NCBI GenBank assembly: GCA_963701025.1
Contig: OY969557.1
Coordinates: 640,090 to 704,089 of the forward strand
Length of the DNA stretch: 64,000 bases
From: an uncultured bacterium
GTDB taxonomy: Bacteria; Patescibacteriota; Minisyncoccia; Phycocordibacterales; PALSA-1337
Direction: 5' to 3'
The notes beneath the pieces were generated by a model, which was given only the letters and a program-made list of their open reading frames with translations, made no database searches and was not told the origin of the DNA. The position numbers and the translations under genes were made by a program. This document shows positions 38,235 to 49,610 of the stretch, one piece after another (position 1 is the stretch's first letter; each line of letters begins with the position of its first letter).

Positions 38235-38612
38235 CTATCTTGAATTTGCTGTGTTCAAACTAGATATTTTTTTGAGTAATAATTTCTTTGCATAAATCTT
38301 TGTACCTTGCCTCTGTTGTCCAACTAAAAGTAATGTATGGTGTCGTTCATCCTTTTCTTTTAGAAATTTTTTAAGATTCTCTATAAACTGATCAAGGCTG
38401 ATTGCTTGTTCTGAGTGTTTTTGGGAATATTCCAAAAACATTTGAGGTAATTGATCTCTACCTGAGTGGCTATTCGCATTATGATGTAGCCATTTACCCC
38501 CAACAAATTTATACTTCTCTAAAATTTCATCAAATTCATCTTGTTTCATACATCTCCAATAAAAAAAGCCGTTGGTAGTCATTTGTTTTGCGAACAATAG
38601 AACTACTACCAA
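38235..38612 (-). CDS. hypothetical protein (replication module)
   Basis: 125 aa ORF upstream of the D5-like NTPase on the same strand. Likely internal start at MKQDEFDEIL. Confidence 0.3.
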   Translation of the reverse strand: MVVVLLFAKQMTTNGFFYWRCMKQDEFDEILEKYKFVGGKWLHHNANSHSGRDQLPQMFLEYSQKHSEQAISLDQFIENLKKFLKEKDERHHTLLLVGQQRQGTKIYAKKLLLKKISSLNTANSR

Positions 38613-40699
38613 CAGCGATTACGATTTAGTTGTCACGTTGGCAAAACAAAGATTAACATAAATCAAAAGTGGAAGCAAGAGAAATATAGAAAAATAATGA
38701 AAAATATTTTTGAGGTGTACAACTAAAAAGTTATTAACTGAATTTTTAGAGGGTAAAAAAAGGGCCTTTTTTTTGCTTTAACTCTTTATGTGGAAATACT
38801 TTATATCAAAAAATAAGGCAAAAATCCCATTTCTTAGTATATACTTTATGATCTAGGACTACACTAGTTAGTAGTTGATTTGACTCCAAGGTTGGTCTAT
38901 AGAATTCTAAAAAAGGAAGAGCGATATTTGTAATCTGCCCATCTTAACATTTTGACTATAATATAAATTATTCTGCATTTTACCAGAATTTTTTGATATA
39001 ACCTTCGATTATACAAGTTAAGTCAATTTTGACTTCCTAACTTTTTTACTAAGGACTTTTATTTATGGCTAGTTTAGAGTATGAAGCGTTAAATCTCGAA
39101 GAATGCGTGGTGCCAAAGAGGGCTATCCTATAGCAAAAACGAAGATCGACCAGAAATTTATGTTAAATTGCCCCCGAACGGCGGTTATGCGCCGGCAACG
39201 TCTAAAATTTAACCCTAAAGTTCCGAACACCTCGTTCTATGCTTGGACGCGATTGCATTATTTGAGCAGTGGCGATAAGCAATTTGCGGTACATTGCCCT
39301 AAAGACAGACCTGATGCCCGTACAGGAGCATTGGCAGTTGGTGATTGGAGAATCCTGATAATATTACAATAAGTTGTGGCAGGACAGCCTGAAAGTCGAA
39401 GGTAAGGCTCGGGACGATATACAAGGTTTGGCAAGACGATTAAAACCTGATCCAGCGAATATTATTACAACACGAAGGTCATTGAATCCTACGACTAGAA
39501 ACAAGGTAAACTAGAGGTTCCCCAAAACGCTCTGATTTTATCCGTAGGCCTGCAATTGCATAGTAAAATCCAACTTAATATCTCGGGGACGCAGACTCTG
39601 GATTTGAGGGATTTGGAGACATTACTAATTTGGAATCCGGTCGTAATTTCAAGATTATCAAAAGATGGTCAAGGGAAACGGAAAGCAGTTTCCGAATTAC
39701 GATCAGTCTGTTTTCCTCGAACCGTCCCCTTGCGAAGATTGCGTGCCGTACCTCGAAACGCGGCACGATCTTACCACGATTAGAGCTTTGAAATCCGAGG
39801 ACGATCTTGAACTGGCATTAAAACGTCATTTGGGTCTACTCACCGATGATTCGGAATTCGATTTTCTACAAAACTAAAAAATTGGATCAGGTTCTTTCCA
39901 ATTTTAAACCCCTATTGGCTCCTTAGATTGTTTCTATTGAGCCACAGGGTTTATATTATTTTATATTTAAACAATACCATTTATTAGGATTTAATCATGT
40001 CAGAAGAAATTAGTCTCAAGAGTCAATGGGGAGAAACAAATTATACTGTCCATTGCAAATTTATAACTCCATGTTTGGGCACGTCGCCCGAAAACCAAGC
40101 GATCTGGAGGAACTATGTTGCGACCAAGTGGAGCAAAGAACTGAAGAAGGAGGGTCTTTCCGAAGAGGAAATATCCGCAAAACTGGACGCGGAGCAGTTG
40201 GAGGTCGCGGATTACACCGACGATGCCACAGGTAAGACGGTATTCCTCAAGGACGATATAGGATATTATATTAAAGCGTATATGGTTCGCGGGTTCCTAC
40301 GAAATTGGCCGCTACTATGAAGCAATTTGGGGCGATGAACCAACTGAAATCGGTCGTAAGTAAGTATTTGTTTGTGTATGGGGTTGAGGACTCCACAAAA
40401 ATTTATCTCGCTGGAGCAGATGCGAAATTGGAGATTTGTGAACGTCCGTTACGAGCGTCCACACCTCAAGGGGAACGAACCTCAATTTCTCACGGAAGAA
40501 ATCCCTCCAGAGACCAAATTTTCATTTAAAATTAAGACTCTCCACTATCAAATCCCAACGAATACGATTGTTAAGTTGTTGCAATACGGAGAATTAGTAG
40601 GATTAGGGTGTTGGAGAAATTCCGGGAGATGGTAGGTTCGTCGTAACGAAATTGATTAAGGAAGATTAAGTGAATGTGTCCCCATGACACGCAACGTAG

Positions 40700-41123
40700 A
40701 GTCGAATAAAGTTTAGTGTATGAACCGTTTAGTTATGTATACGTAAGGCATGGTAGAGTATTGTACAAGTAAAGTTGCGTGTAGTGAAGGTAAAGTAAGG
40801 TATAGTCTAGTTAAGTAAAGTGGTACTGTTATGCCGAGAAAGATTTGGTAAAGGCACTGTTATGTGATTAGAAGTAATGTGGAGGTATGGTTCTGCATCG
40901 TCATGTTAAGGTCTAGGTATGTAAGGTGGTGTATAGTGAAAGTAAAGTATGGTGTGGAAGTGTATAGTAGTGGGTATGTAAGGTGATGTATACTTAATTT
41001 TGGTGAAGGTAAAGTTAGGTTGAGTGCCGTTCGTCAGGGCATGGTCTGTCATGTAAGGGATTGTAGTATTAGGTTGGGCCAAGCTGGAGTATAGTGAGGT
41101 AATGTGGTGTGAATGGATAATCC
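40700..41123 (+). repeat. C-depleted G+T-rich degenerate repeat tract (GTAAGGTG / GGTAAAGT / GTATAGT units)
   Basis: About 420 nt with about 5% cytosine on the + strand. Built from reiterated GTAAGGT, GTGAAGGTAAAGT, TATGTAAGGTG and GGTATAGT units. Has no ORF and ends at an intrinsic terminator. Confidence 0.6.
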
Positions 41124-41165
41124 CGTAGATTAAAGTTTTATTCCTTAATCTACGGGATTTTTTAT
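41122..41165 (+). terminator. Rho-independent terminator (plus strand)
   Basis: CCCGTAGATTAAAG-loop-CTTAATCTACGGG followed by ATTTTTTATT. Confidence 0.6.
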
Positions 41166-41600
41166 TGTATTTAATTTACGCAAACTTTCCAAAAAATTCA
41201 GCGGCTTTGAGATTAAATTGTTCTGCCTCTTCTTCAGAATCATAGTAGCCGAGAAAATATTGCTTATAGCCACAAGTAATTTTATAAACCATCTTTTATT
41301 GTCTTTATCCCAACTTACTCCTTTGTATTGAGATGATGTAGGCTTACCATTTCTCCAACTATTCTTTATTTTCATTGTGGTGGTTTTCTTGATGATTACA
41401 AATGCTCGAATTTTCTCGTTTATTATCTAAAGCGTTATGATTAATGTGATCAACAGCTTCTTCTTTTTTGCATTCATGATAAATCTAGCCATATAAACTT
41501 TCTTACTTTCCATGTTGGTTACGGCGTAGAGGAATATCCATTCCATTTTAAATACCAATTAAAAGGTAATACTTTTCATATTTTTCATCATCTCAAATAT
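41145..41600 (-). pseudogene. degraded HNH-AP2 homing endonuclease
   Basis: Reverse-complement frames give AVDHINHNALDNKRENS (HNH motif) at about 41430-41480, then in another frame the AP2-like YKGVSWDKDNKRWFIK (ORF 41145..41375). Confidence 0.45.
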
Positions 41601-41699
41601 TGGTTTGTCTTTTGTTGGTATTTCTTTCATAACTATATTATACTATGCTTTTCTAATTGGAATAAGAAGATTTATTGTTGCTCGCTAAATACGAACCGC

Positions 41700-42830
41700 A
41701 CTCATTAATAAATTTATCGATACTCCTTATCTTAATTTTTCTCCTCGACCAGATTCAGTCCCAGAATGGGATCAAGAATTAGAGTGTTTCAGTTGTGCAG
41801 CGAGCAGACAGCGTTTATCAATAATAAAGATTTAGGAATTTCAGTTGTACTTGGGGGTAATGGTAGCGGTAAAGATTTTACCGGGTATTATAAGATGGTA
41901 AAATAATTACTGACGTCACCTCCAGTTGATCTTGCTAAATTTTGGGTAGTTAATGAATCCATGTCGGTGGTAGGAGCCTCTTGGCAGGAACATGGAAGAA
42001 TGTTTTTTCATGATCAATTAATAGAGCATATTGAGTGGTATAAACGGTCAAGTTTATATCCTAAAGCAATTATTTTAAAGCCACACCCAGCGAACGGTAA
42101 TCGATATAAAATAGAGTTTCATCGTATCAGCAATCAGTGGGGGCTTTCGTTGGTGTATCTCACACCGTTGGAATGTGGCTAAAGGAATATGTCAATATGT
42201 TTTTGGTTAAAGAAAGTATGAGAGGTAGAGAAATTTAAAACTCAATTCCTGGGTAAGTATTATAACTTTGACACCAGATTAGCTCAACCCAGAACTTAAG
42301 GAAATTTTAACAATCAACAAGCCCATCCAACTTTTAAGTTTTACCTATAATACAGAAAAGAATACTGCTATTAAAAATTTGGAATGGATTAATTCGATTT
42401 CGATTGATCGTAGAGCATCTCGATTATATGGATTTTTTTCTCACCCAGAAGGAAGAATATTTAAGGAATTCGATTGAAAAAAACATATTATTCCGAGGCG
42501 ATCTTTAAATCTGCCCAAGATCTATTATCTTGGTGTTGACTTTGGATCGACTTCAGCCCACAACACGGCTGCAATTGGGTTGCGGAAGAGAATCCAAAAT
42601 ATATTGTTTATGACGAATCTATGATTAGCCGAGAATTTATCGCAGATAAAAGTTAATCATATTAAAGAAAGAACAGCCAACCTTGAACCGCAAACATTGG
42701 GCATAGGACACTATTCGGGGATTCAGCAGCGAATCAAGAACGAATGGAATTAAGTAAATCGTGTTTTACCCCTGACATCATGGAGAAAAGAACCAGTTGT
42801 GGTAGCAGACACATTGCGTGAGAACTCTAT
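41700..42830 (+). pseudogene. terminase large subunit remnant (ATPase Walker A and nuclease-domain fragments, multiple stops)
   Basis: Fragments across frames include ISVVLGGNGSGKDFTGYYKMVK* (Walker A, about 41850-41920), ORF 41961..42182, YYLGVDFGSTSAHNTAAIGLRKR (about 42520-42590) and ENLSQIKVNHIKERTANLEPQTLGIGHYSGIQQRIKNEWN. TAA, TAG and TGA stops all occur between the pieces. Confidence 0.45.
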
Positions 42831-43330
42831 TCCTTCAAAATAAAATTAGTTCATTATGGATCTTTGATCTAAACATTTCATAAGTTAAATCAAGGTAATA
42901 ACCAATTGAGGGACCACAAATGAGATTAACCGAAAAAGAGAGAACCATGAACTTTGGTGGACAGTCTCTAAGGTGTCTTATATCTCCATAAAATTGAACC
43001 ATAAAATTAATCATAAACAAATCGGGAAACCAATAACATTTCCGAGAGCATTTGGATGGGAGAGATACTATATTAATCTCCAACGTCAAGCAATAATGAT
43101 CATATAACACTAACGTCAAGCAGGAGCCTATGAATACGACAACAAAATGGAAAAGAACTGAGATCGAGAGCTCATCAAGCCGCTCAAAGTCCCGAAGCGG
43201 GGGGAGACGCTTGGAAAGAGCGGCTGTCCAAGCAAGGGACGAAGCCCCCCCACCCCCCGAGAGGAAGGAAAAATAGATTGCTCCGGCCGGGGTGGTAAGG
43301 CCAAAGCCCGTGAAGGTAAATAAAAGTGCA

Positions 43331-43555
43331 CTATTCTGGTCGAGATGGGGGATTTTTATTATATTCGAGTCGTTCTGCAAAGCCCCCCACTTCCATGTTT
43401 TCACCACCGCCAAATACTGCTGTGACAATCCCCGTAATCACCCACCTTTGGTTGGGCAAGGGCGTGGCGGATACACATCCGCCATTTTGCAGTTCTCGCA
43501 TCCCGTGGCCTTCGCAGCAATCACAAAGTTGTGGCATCTTGCTCGGTTTCATCAC
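43331..43555 (-). CDS. small Cys-rich protein (CDCCEGHG)
   Basis: 74 aa ORF preceded by the conserved leader AAACCCAAAGGUGAAGUG-ATG. Confidence 0.45.
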   Translation of the reverse strand: MMKPSKMPQLCDCCEGHGMRELQNGGCVSATPLPNQRWVITGIVTAVFGGGENMEVGGFAERLEYNKNPPSRPE

Positions 43556-43841
43556 TTCACCTTTGGGTTTTGCATTGTGTCATTGTTAGTAGTCCCATCA
43601 CAGGAGAGATTCGCCAGCCAATCGGAGCGGATGCGTCTGACGCCTGCTCCCTTGACATCCGCTCTGGCTTCCGACGCTGTATCAACGGCTTTGCTTCGTC
43701 AAGGCGGCGAAGGGAACCTGGATTCCCCCCGCTTTATCTAATACACATCCCATCGCCACCAACATTTTATACGCATCAGCCGAACGAGCTTGCGAATTTT
43801 TGCACTCGTACATTACATCACCTTTGGGTTTGAGTTCGTAT

Positions 43842-44113
43842 TCAGTCATCGGAGTCCTCCGCCAAATCCCAAGCCGATTGGTATAGGTCGTCGTCGGCGT
43901 GGACTACTTCGCTTGCCCGATAGTTGCCCGCTCGGATGAAGCTCTCCATTTCGCTGGCTGGCATATCATATACGGCTTTCGCCTGTGGATACTCGGCTTC
44001 GCATAGTTCGATCATTGTTGCCAGTGCCGTTTCCTGATCGGCTTCGCTTTCGGGGCCATCGAAAAAATAATCTGTATCAACCAATACGATGTGTTTTTCG
44101 GTTTCGCTTTTCA
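43842..44113 (-). CDS. small acidic protein; start moved to MKSETEKH after conserved RBS
   Basis: GAAAGGUGAAGCG-AUG leader. ORF track 43842..44180 would begin inside the upstream leader. Confidence 0.45.
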
Positions 44114-44130
44114 TCGCTTCACCTTTCTTT

Positions 44131-44370
44131 CTATTTGTTGGTTTTTTGATTTCCGCTCTCGTTTTCCTCTCTGCTTCCACAACCGCCGCCCCCCTTTGGG
44201 CAAGTGTGCATCACATACCACTTTTCGCCGCAACGCTCGCAAGTGGTGTAGTCGCTCGGCTTCAATTCAGGGGGCTTTGTTGATCGTGGCCCAGCACAAT
44301 CATCACACAAAAGCCCCATACCACTTTTACGATACGCTCCCGACGATCCACAATTAGAACAAGTTGCCAT
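44131..44370 (-). CDS. small zinc-ribbon protein (CSNCG...CDDC...CERCG...HTC); start moved to MATCSNCG
   Basis: Promoter TTGCAA, 17 nt, TGGTACAAT and leader GAAACGGAAACGAAACUCAAACCCAAAGGUGAAGCG lie just upstream of ATG (cat at 44368-44370). The upstream part of ORF 44131..44544 translates that promoter and leader. Confidence 0.5.
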   Translation of the reverse strand: MATCSNCGSSGAYRKSGMGLLCDDCAGPRSTKPPELKPSDYTTCERCGEKWYVMHTCPKGGGGCGSREENESGNQKTNK

Positions 44371-45052
44371 CGCTTCACCTTTGGGTTTGAGTTTCGTTTC
44401 CGTTTCATCATTGTACCATAGGGGAACACCCATTGCAAGCGAATTCCGAAAAGATTTCAGAAAAAAATTTCCCCCACCTTTTGAGGGGTGGAAGAGAGCT
44501 TCGGTTGATGCTTGTAAAAGATACTTCAAAGGATCAGCGATCATAGCCTCGTAGCCAAGATAGGTTCGTCACCCGTCTTTCCAACATAACGGGGAACTCA
44601 TTTCTGCCGAATTGGTTGCCCCCTGCTAATCCCACATACCGACTGACCACAAACCGCCCATCCAGATAGCCAACACTAGATTCTCCGCGCTTGCGACATT
44701 TTCGCAGACTTTTTTCGAGGCGATTTCGACCGCGTACCAGCATCGTGCTGTTTCCAGGTCCATCATCTTTGCCTCAATCAAGTCGGCCAAACTAGAAATC
44801 CTTCTACGATCCGAGGACGCTTGCCATAAATTTCACGGCTTGTCATTTTTCGTTCCCTTGTTCGATCGGGTCGGCGAAGTGCCTTCCCACGCTTACATTA
44901 TAGCATAGGGAACACACCTGTCCAGCAAAATCAGGGAAATTCCGAGAAATTTCCAAGAAGATAATCGTGCAAAATGCCCTAGACCTTTGTACCAATGACC
45001 TCTTCTTTCGCCCTGGAAAGGCTAATTTTTTACGATATATAAGGGTCAGGGA

Positions 45053-45986
45053 TTGGGGAAGCGAGATTCGCCTCGGCTTGTAAGTTTTATGCTAAAAAAT
45101 AGTAAACAAAAAAGAATGGAAAATCAACTTATTCGACAGGCGTTGAATAATGGCTGGGATGTTCCGCCAAAGATAAAGAAAAAGGCCGTTAAGATGATGG
45201 AGAAAATCCTCGATGCACCTGACAAATATTCAGGCAAAGTTGTAGTGCAGGCTGCAAATACTCTCGTCAAAATGAATCCACCTACGATTACATCGCATGT
45301 ACAAGTCGATCAGACGAGCGAGGATTTATCAGAAATATCTCGTGATCCAGAAAAATATATGGCTTTGATGCAAGAAAAACTAAAAGAAATAAAGTCATTT
45401 AACTCCGATAATGGTGTAGAGCAAGTGGCTAAAGATGGAACATTTTATGAAGCAATCAGGAAAGCCGAATTTCGAGGGGAAGCCGAATTTCGAGGAGATG
45501 ATCTTGAGCCTGACTCAGAGGGTTGAAGCCCTTGAACGGAGCGTAAATCAGCCCTCCAATCGAGATAGATTATTCAATAAAATAAAAGAAGAGGAGAACG
45601 ATGGAAAACGAGTTCGACGAATTGAAAAGAAAATAAACAAGATGGAGGAGAGATTGAACAAAGTGGACGGGAAGCCGAAGGCTTGTAAGATAAATAAATC
45701 TATTATTGCAAATCCTTCGGATTCCCCGATCCCTCCACGATTGACCTTAGAATCAGTCAGTCATAAAGTGGAAGAAATTGAGAGATTACTCGATACCTCT
45801 CACGATCATATTCACGAGATGACGAAAAATTCGGAATACGAATTACAAAATAAAATAAGTAATCTTCAAGATCGGGTCGATCATGTTTCGTGGCGATGTG
45901 GAGGAAATACTTTTTTTAATTTATTCTTATTGGGTTGTGCAATATTTTGGGTTGTTGAACATTATCATTTATTTGGAGTAAAGTGA
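45053..45986 (+). CDS. coiled-coil protein with C-terminal TM helix; frames switch at an 18-nt tandem duplication
   Basis: ORFs 45053..45526 and 45435..45986 overlap in different frames across the tandem repeat gaagccgaatttcgaggg/gaagccgaatttcgagga (45467-45503). The C-terminal hydrophobic segment is FFNLFLLGCAIFWVV. Confidence 0.4.
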
Positions 45987-48034
45987 TGCCCTGGCATGTT
46001 CGTAAAAAAGGAAATAAATATCAAATTGTAAAAACCAGCACTGGTAAAGTGGTGGGCACTTCGGATTCAAAAGCGAAAGCAGAGGCATCAATCAGAGCGA
46101 GGGAAGCGGGGGAAGCCAACGGCTTGTGAGATAAATAAACCTATTTTTGTAAATCCTTCGGATTTCGGCGGGAGCAAATGAAAAATAAATGGATAATCGA
46201 AAAATTAAAGCCGACCGAAGATATGATATGGGCGACTGAATATTGGAAAAGATGCAATATTATTGCTCATAATGTGCGGATGGGAACAGCAACAATAACG
46301 GTAAATAATAGTGGGGTAACAATCTCGATAAATAATAACGGAATTCGACTAAAAAGAAAATAATGATAGTACAAGTATTCAACTCTGTAAGCGGGAAGTG
46401 GGAGGAACAGATAAGGTTCCAAGGGCGATCGGTTTTGTCGCATTTCGACCCGAATCCTGAGCCGATGTCGAGTGATGTGAGGATGCCCGATTTGATGGTG
46501 GGAGAACATAAAGTTGTATATGATCCGAAACTTGATCGGTAAATCCGAAGGAAATAGCAGGGGTTTGATATAACCTCCATTGAAGGTCTACATTTCTTCC
46601 TAAGAACTATGAAAAGAAATGATTAATATAAAGGAAAAGCATACAGCAACTTGGAAATGGAAATGGAACTGCAACCGTATAATCCGCAAGAGCCTGGAAG
46701 TTTATTTTTTTGTCCCTCATGCCTTTGGTAATAAATGGCATCAATACATTAAAAATAAAGGAATAACTCAATGTAATGGAATATTGTGGAATGATTGGCG
46801 TGATTTTTTGAAAACAGACAATTGTGTAAATGAACAAAATATGGAAGATTATTTGCTTAAAATTTATGGAGAGGCGTTGTGATTATACTTTAAGTGACTA
46901 TAAGGAACTCAATGACCATCGATAAAAATATACTTTATGTTTTGGCTGGAATCTTAGCTCTTGTTCTCGGCTGGAAATTCTATTTGGAGCCTGAAATTGA
47001 AGCCAATATTTTAGATAAAATAAGTCAAAGACAGGAACTTTATACGCCATACAAGCCAAAACCTCATTGGCGAGATAATGACCTTGATAATATGAGTCAA
47101 GATGAAGATGGTGCGAATGATGCAGTCGATCCAAACATAAAGAAAAAAGTAATACCTTCTCCAAGATTTCAGCAAGCCCCTTTTCAAAACGGTCAAAATT
47201 GTCCGAATTGCCGTCCGAACTCGCCGTATTAAGGAAGATATGTACAGAATTGTATTAAAATCTGGAGTTAAAATAGAAGTTGATTCAGTGGACGAGTTGA
47301 AATCGCTTGTCAATCTTCTTGATAATCAAAAAGAAAATCATAATGTTCCGCCAGCAATTGAAGAGGCTATGCGTAGGGACTTGCAAGATAATTTCGGGGA
47401 TCGGCTTGCAAGTCCCACCGAACAAGCATTAACTAAAAATGGTTCAAGAATTCCTCAAGGCGATATGTTAAGAAAAATCTTTCAAGATAAGAATGGGGAT
47501 CGAAGTGGGTAAGTAATCGGAAAGGCAAATCCGAAGGATTTCCGACTCACATATTCTTTAATACCCAATCATAATGTTCAGGGGCGAATTTTCTCAACCA
47601 ATGGGTAAACCAGATTCCATTTCTATGGGCTGAATAACGACCGAATACATGGCAAGAAGGGCATAGGCTAATTCCGTTAATCAACAATAAACTGAATTCT
47701 TTATATTGTTTTTTATCAAGAGATGATGAGCATTCAGGTGCGTTGTCTTCCCGCATACGAGACACTTCCCATCTCGCTCTCGGATTGCTTTAGACCATTC
47801 TCTAAGGGTCATCAACAATCCTTTCTTTTATTTTACCTGTGGCCCAATAGTTCGGGAGCATTTCCCTCAATTCTTTTTCTAATCTTTCTGAATTCGCAAT
47901 ACGATTCCCATGTATATCAATAAAATATCCTTCCCCAGTGGTCAATGAACTTCTCCAACTAACTTGCCGTCTTCAAATTGATATATTTTATCGAATTGTC
48001 TAACATAACTGATAATATCTTTCATTATATTCCT

Positions 48035-48594
48035 TTAATCTTTCTTTCCAATAAAACTGATTTGGCAGATTGCATTCTTCATGGTTTGATCTTCAATTCC
48101 TTTATTATAATCAAAATTAAGTATTTCGGGTGTTACAATCATTGAATTAAGTCCATAGGCTGCAAAGTATCCAGAGAGAATGCTGGCGTCCCAATGATTA
48201 TCCCTCCCAACTTGTTTTCGAGACAGCCAATAAGAAAAGAATGTTTGTGATCCAAGTTGAATTTCGGAGGCCAAGTGCATTTCTCGTAATAAATGTATTC
48301 AGGAACCACGATGTACATCCACCCACCGACTTTTAGTATGCGACACCAATTCTTTATAGTTTCAGGAATGTCCCTCATATGTTCAAGGCAATGAGAAGAA
48401 TAAACATAATCATAAGTTTCATCGGGGATATTTGACATTAATTGAGCATCCCCATGTCCTAATTCCCGATCAAAAGGTTCTGCTCCTTCGAGACAATCTG
48501 GCCCGCAACCAATGTCAATTCCTCTACCTTGAAAGTAGCGATCAAAATGGCCCCAAGATTTGCGAATATTTTGTAATTTTTTAGTTTCGTTCAT
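48035..48594 (-). CDS. class I SAM-dependent methyltransferase (Methyltransf_11-like), frameshift near 48280
   Basis: ORF 48139..48594 has motif I GIDIGCGPD, DYVYSSHCLEHM, and KVGGWMYIVVP. It continues in ORF 48035..48280. Confidence 0.6.
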
Positions 48595-49610
48595 ACAATC
48601 CTCGAATTGCCTTTGGAGGCGTAAATGAATTTACGATATGTTCAAAGCCTTCTTGCCAATGATCTCGCCTGTGTTGTGATTGCCAAGACCATTCGGATGC
48701 AACAAAATCCCTCATATTTAGAGGAACTTCAAGGGCTGCTCCGATCGCTGCTTCCCAATTATCATGCCAAGCGATATACCCCGTCACCCCATCTTGGATT
48801 ACTTGATTATATGGATATGCATCCGATGCCACTACCGTCAGTCCGAGTGCCCACATTTCTTGAACTCTAAGAATCGACTTACAAACATTAAATTCATCAT
48901 TATGGAGGGGAGCAAGTCCGACACTACATTGAGTTGCAATATAATTAATACTTTCGTGATATACGGGAAAGTTCACCATCGGATAATAAAAAAACATTCT
49001 CTCCGATTGGATCAGTATGCACGTTTATTCCTTTTGCGGATATTCTTGTATTCTGCCTTGGAGTCAGTCCGAGAAAATGGAATTCAGTATTTGGCATCTT
49101 AGTGGTTATGTCACCGAGATGATCCAGATCAGCAAGATGCGTAGGACTTCCGCTCCATAGGCAACCTTTTTTAGTTCTTTGAGGTGCCTCGTACTCATCC
49201 ACATCAATAAGATTTGGAAGGATGTCAGCATTCTTTAATATTTTTGCGAGAGGCTCGGTGGTAGTCCAACGAAAATCTGCGGTATCGAGGCATTGACGAA
49301 GTCCGTATAAATCCATCTTACCTATGTGGCGAGTACAAGGATTGTCAGGGTGAATACTAAAAAAATTGTCGTCATTGGTCCAACAGAGTCGGGTGAATCT
49401 TGCCAGTTCCAAGATACCAGGAACGCTCGCAGGTTCGGGACAATTAGCAAAACAATAACACTGGCAATTTTCAGTTGTTTTTATTATTTTTTGCTCTAAA
49501 GAAATGCCCTTCTTCATTAGCGGTTCTCGAAGCCACCTTATCGGCAACTCGGCTCGTAAAAAATTTAATGTGAGACTTCCTAGAGGAAAGTTCATTATTA
49601 TTCTTTTCAT
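48581..49610 (-). CDS. glycosyltransferase group 1 (GT-B)-like, split in two frames
   Basis: ORF 48581..48997 has a GT1-like C-terminal region (SVGLAPLHNDEF...LRVQEMWALGLTVVASDAYPYNQVIQDGVTGYIAWHDNWEAAIGAAL). ORF 48945..49610 is the N-terminal part. Confidence 0.45.

Noticed and set aside
39700-39770. Hairpin GAUUGCGUGCCGUACCUCGAAACGCGGCACGAUC as a group II intron domain V
   Set aside because: It lacks the AGC catalytic triad and the 2-nt bulge at the consensus position. No GUGYG 5' end or reverse-transcriptase ORF is nearby. It is retained only as part of a GC-rich ORF-poor patch.
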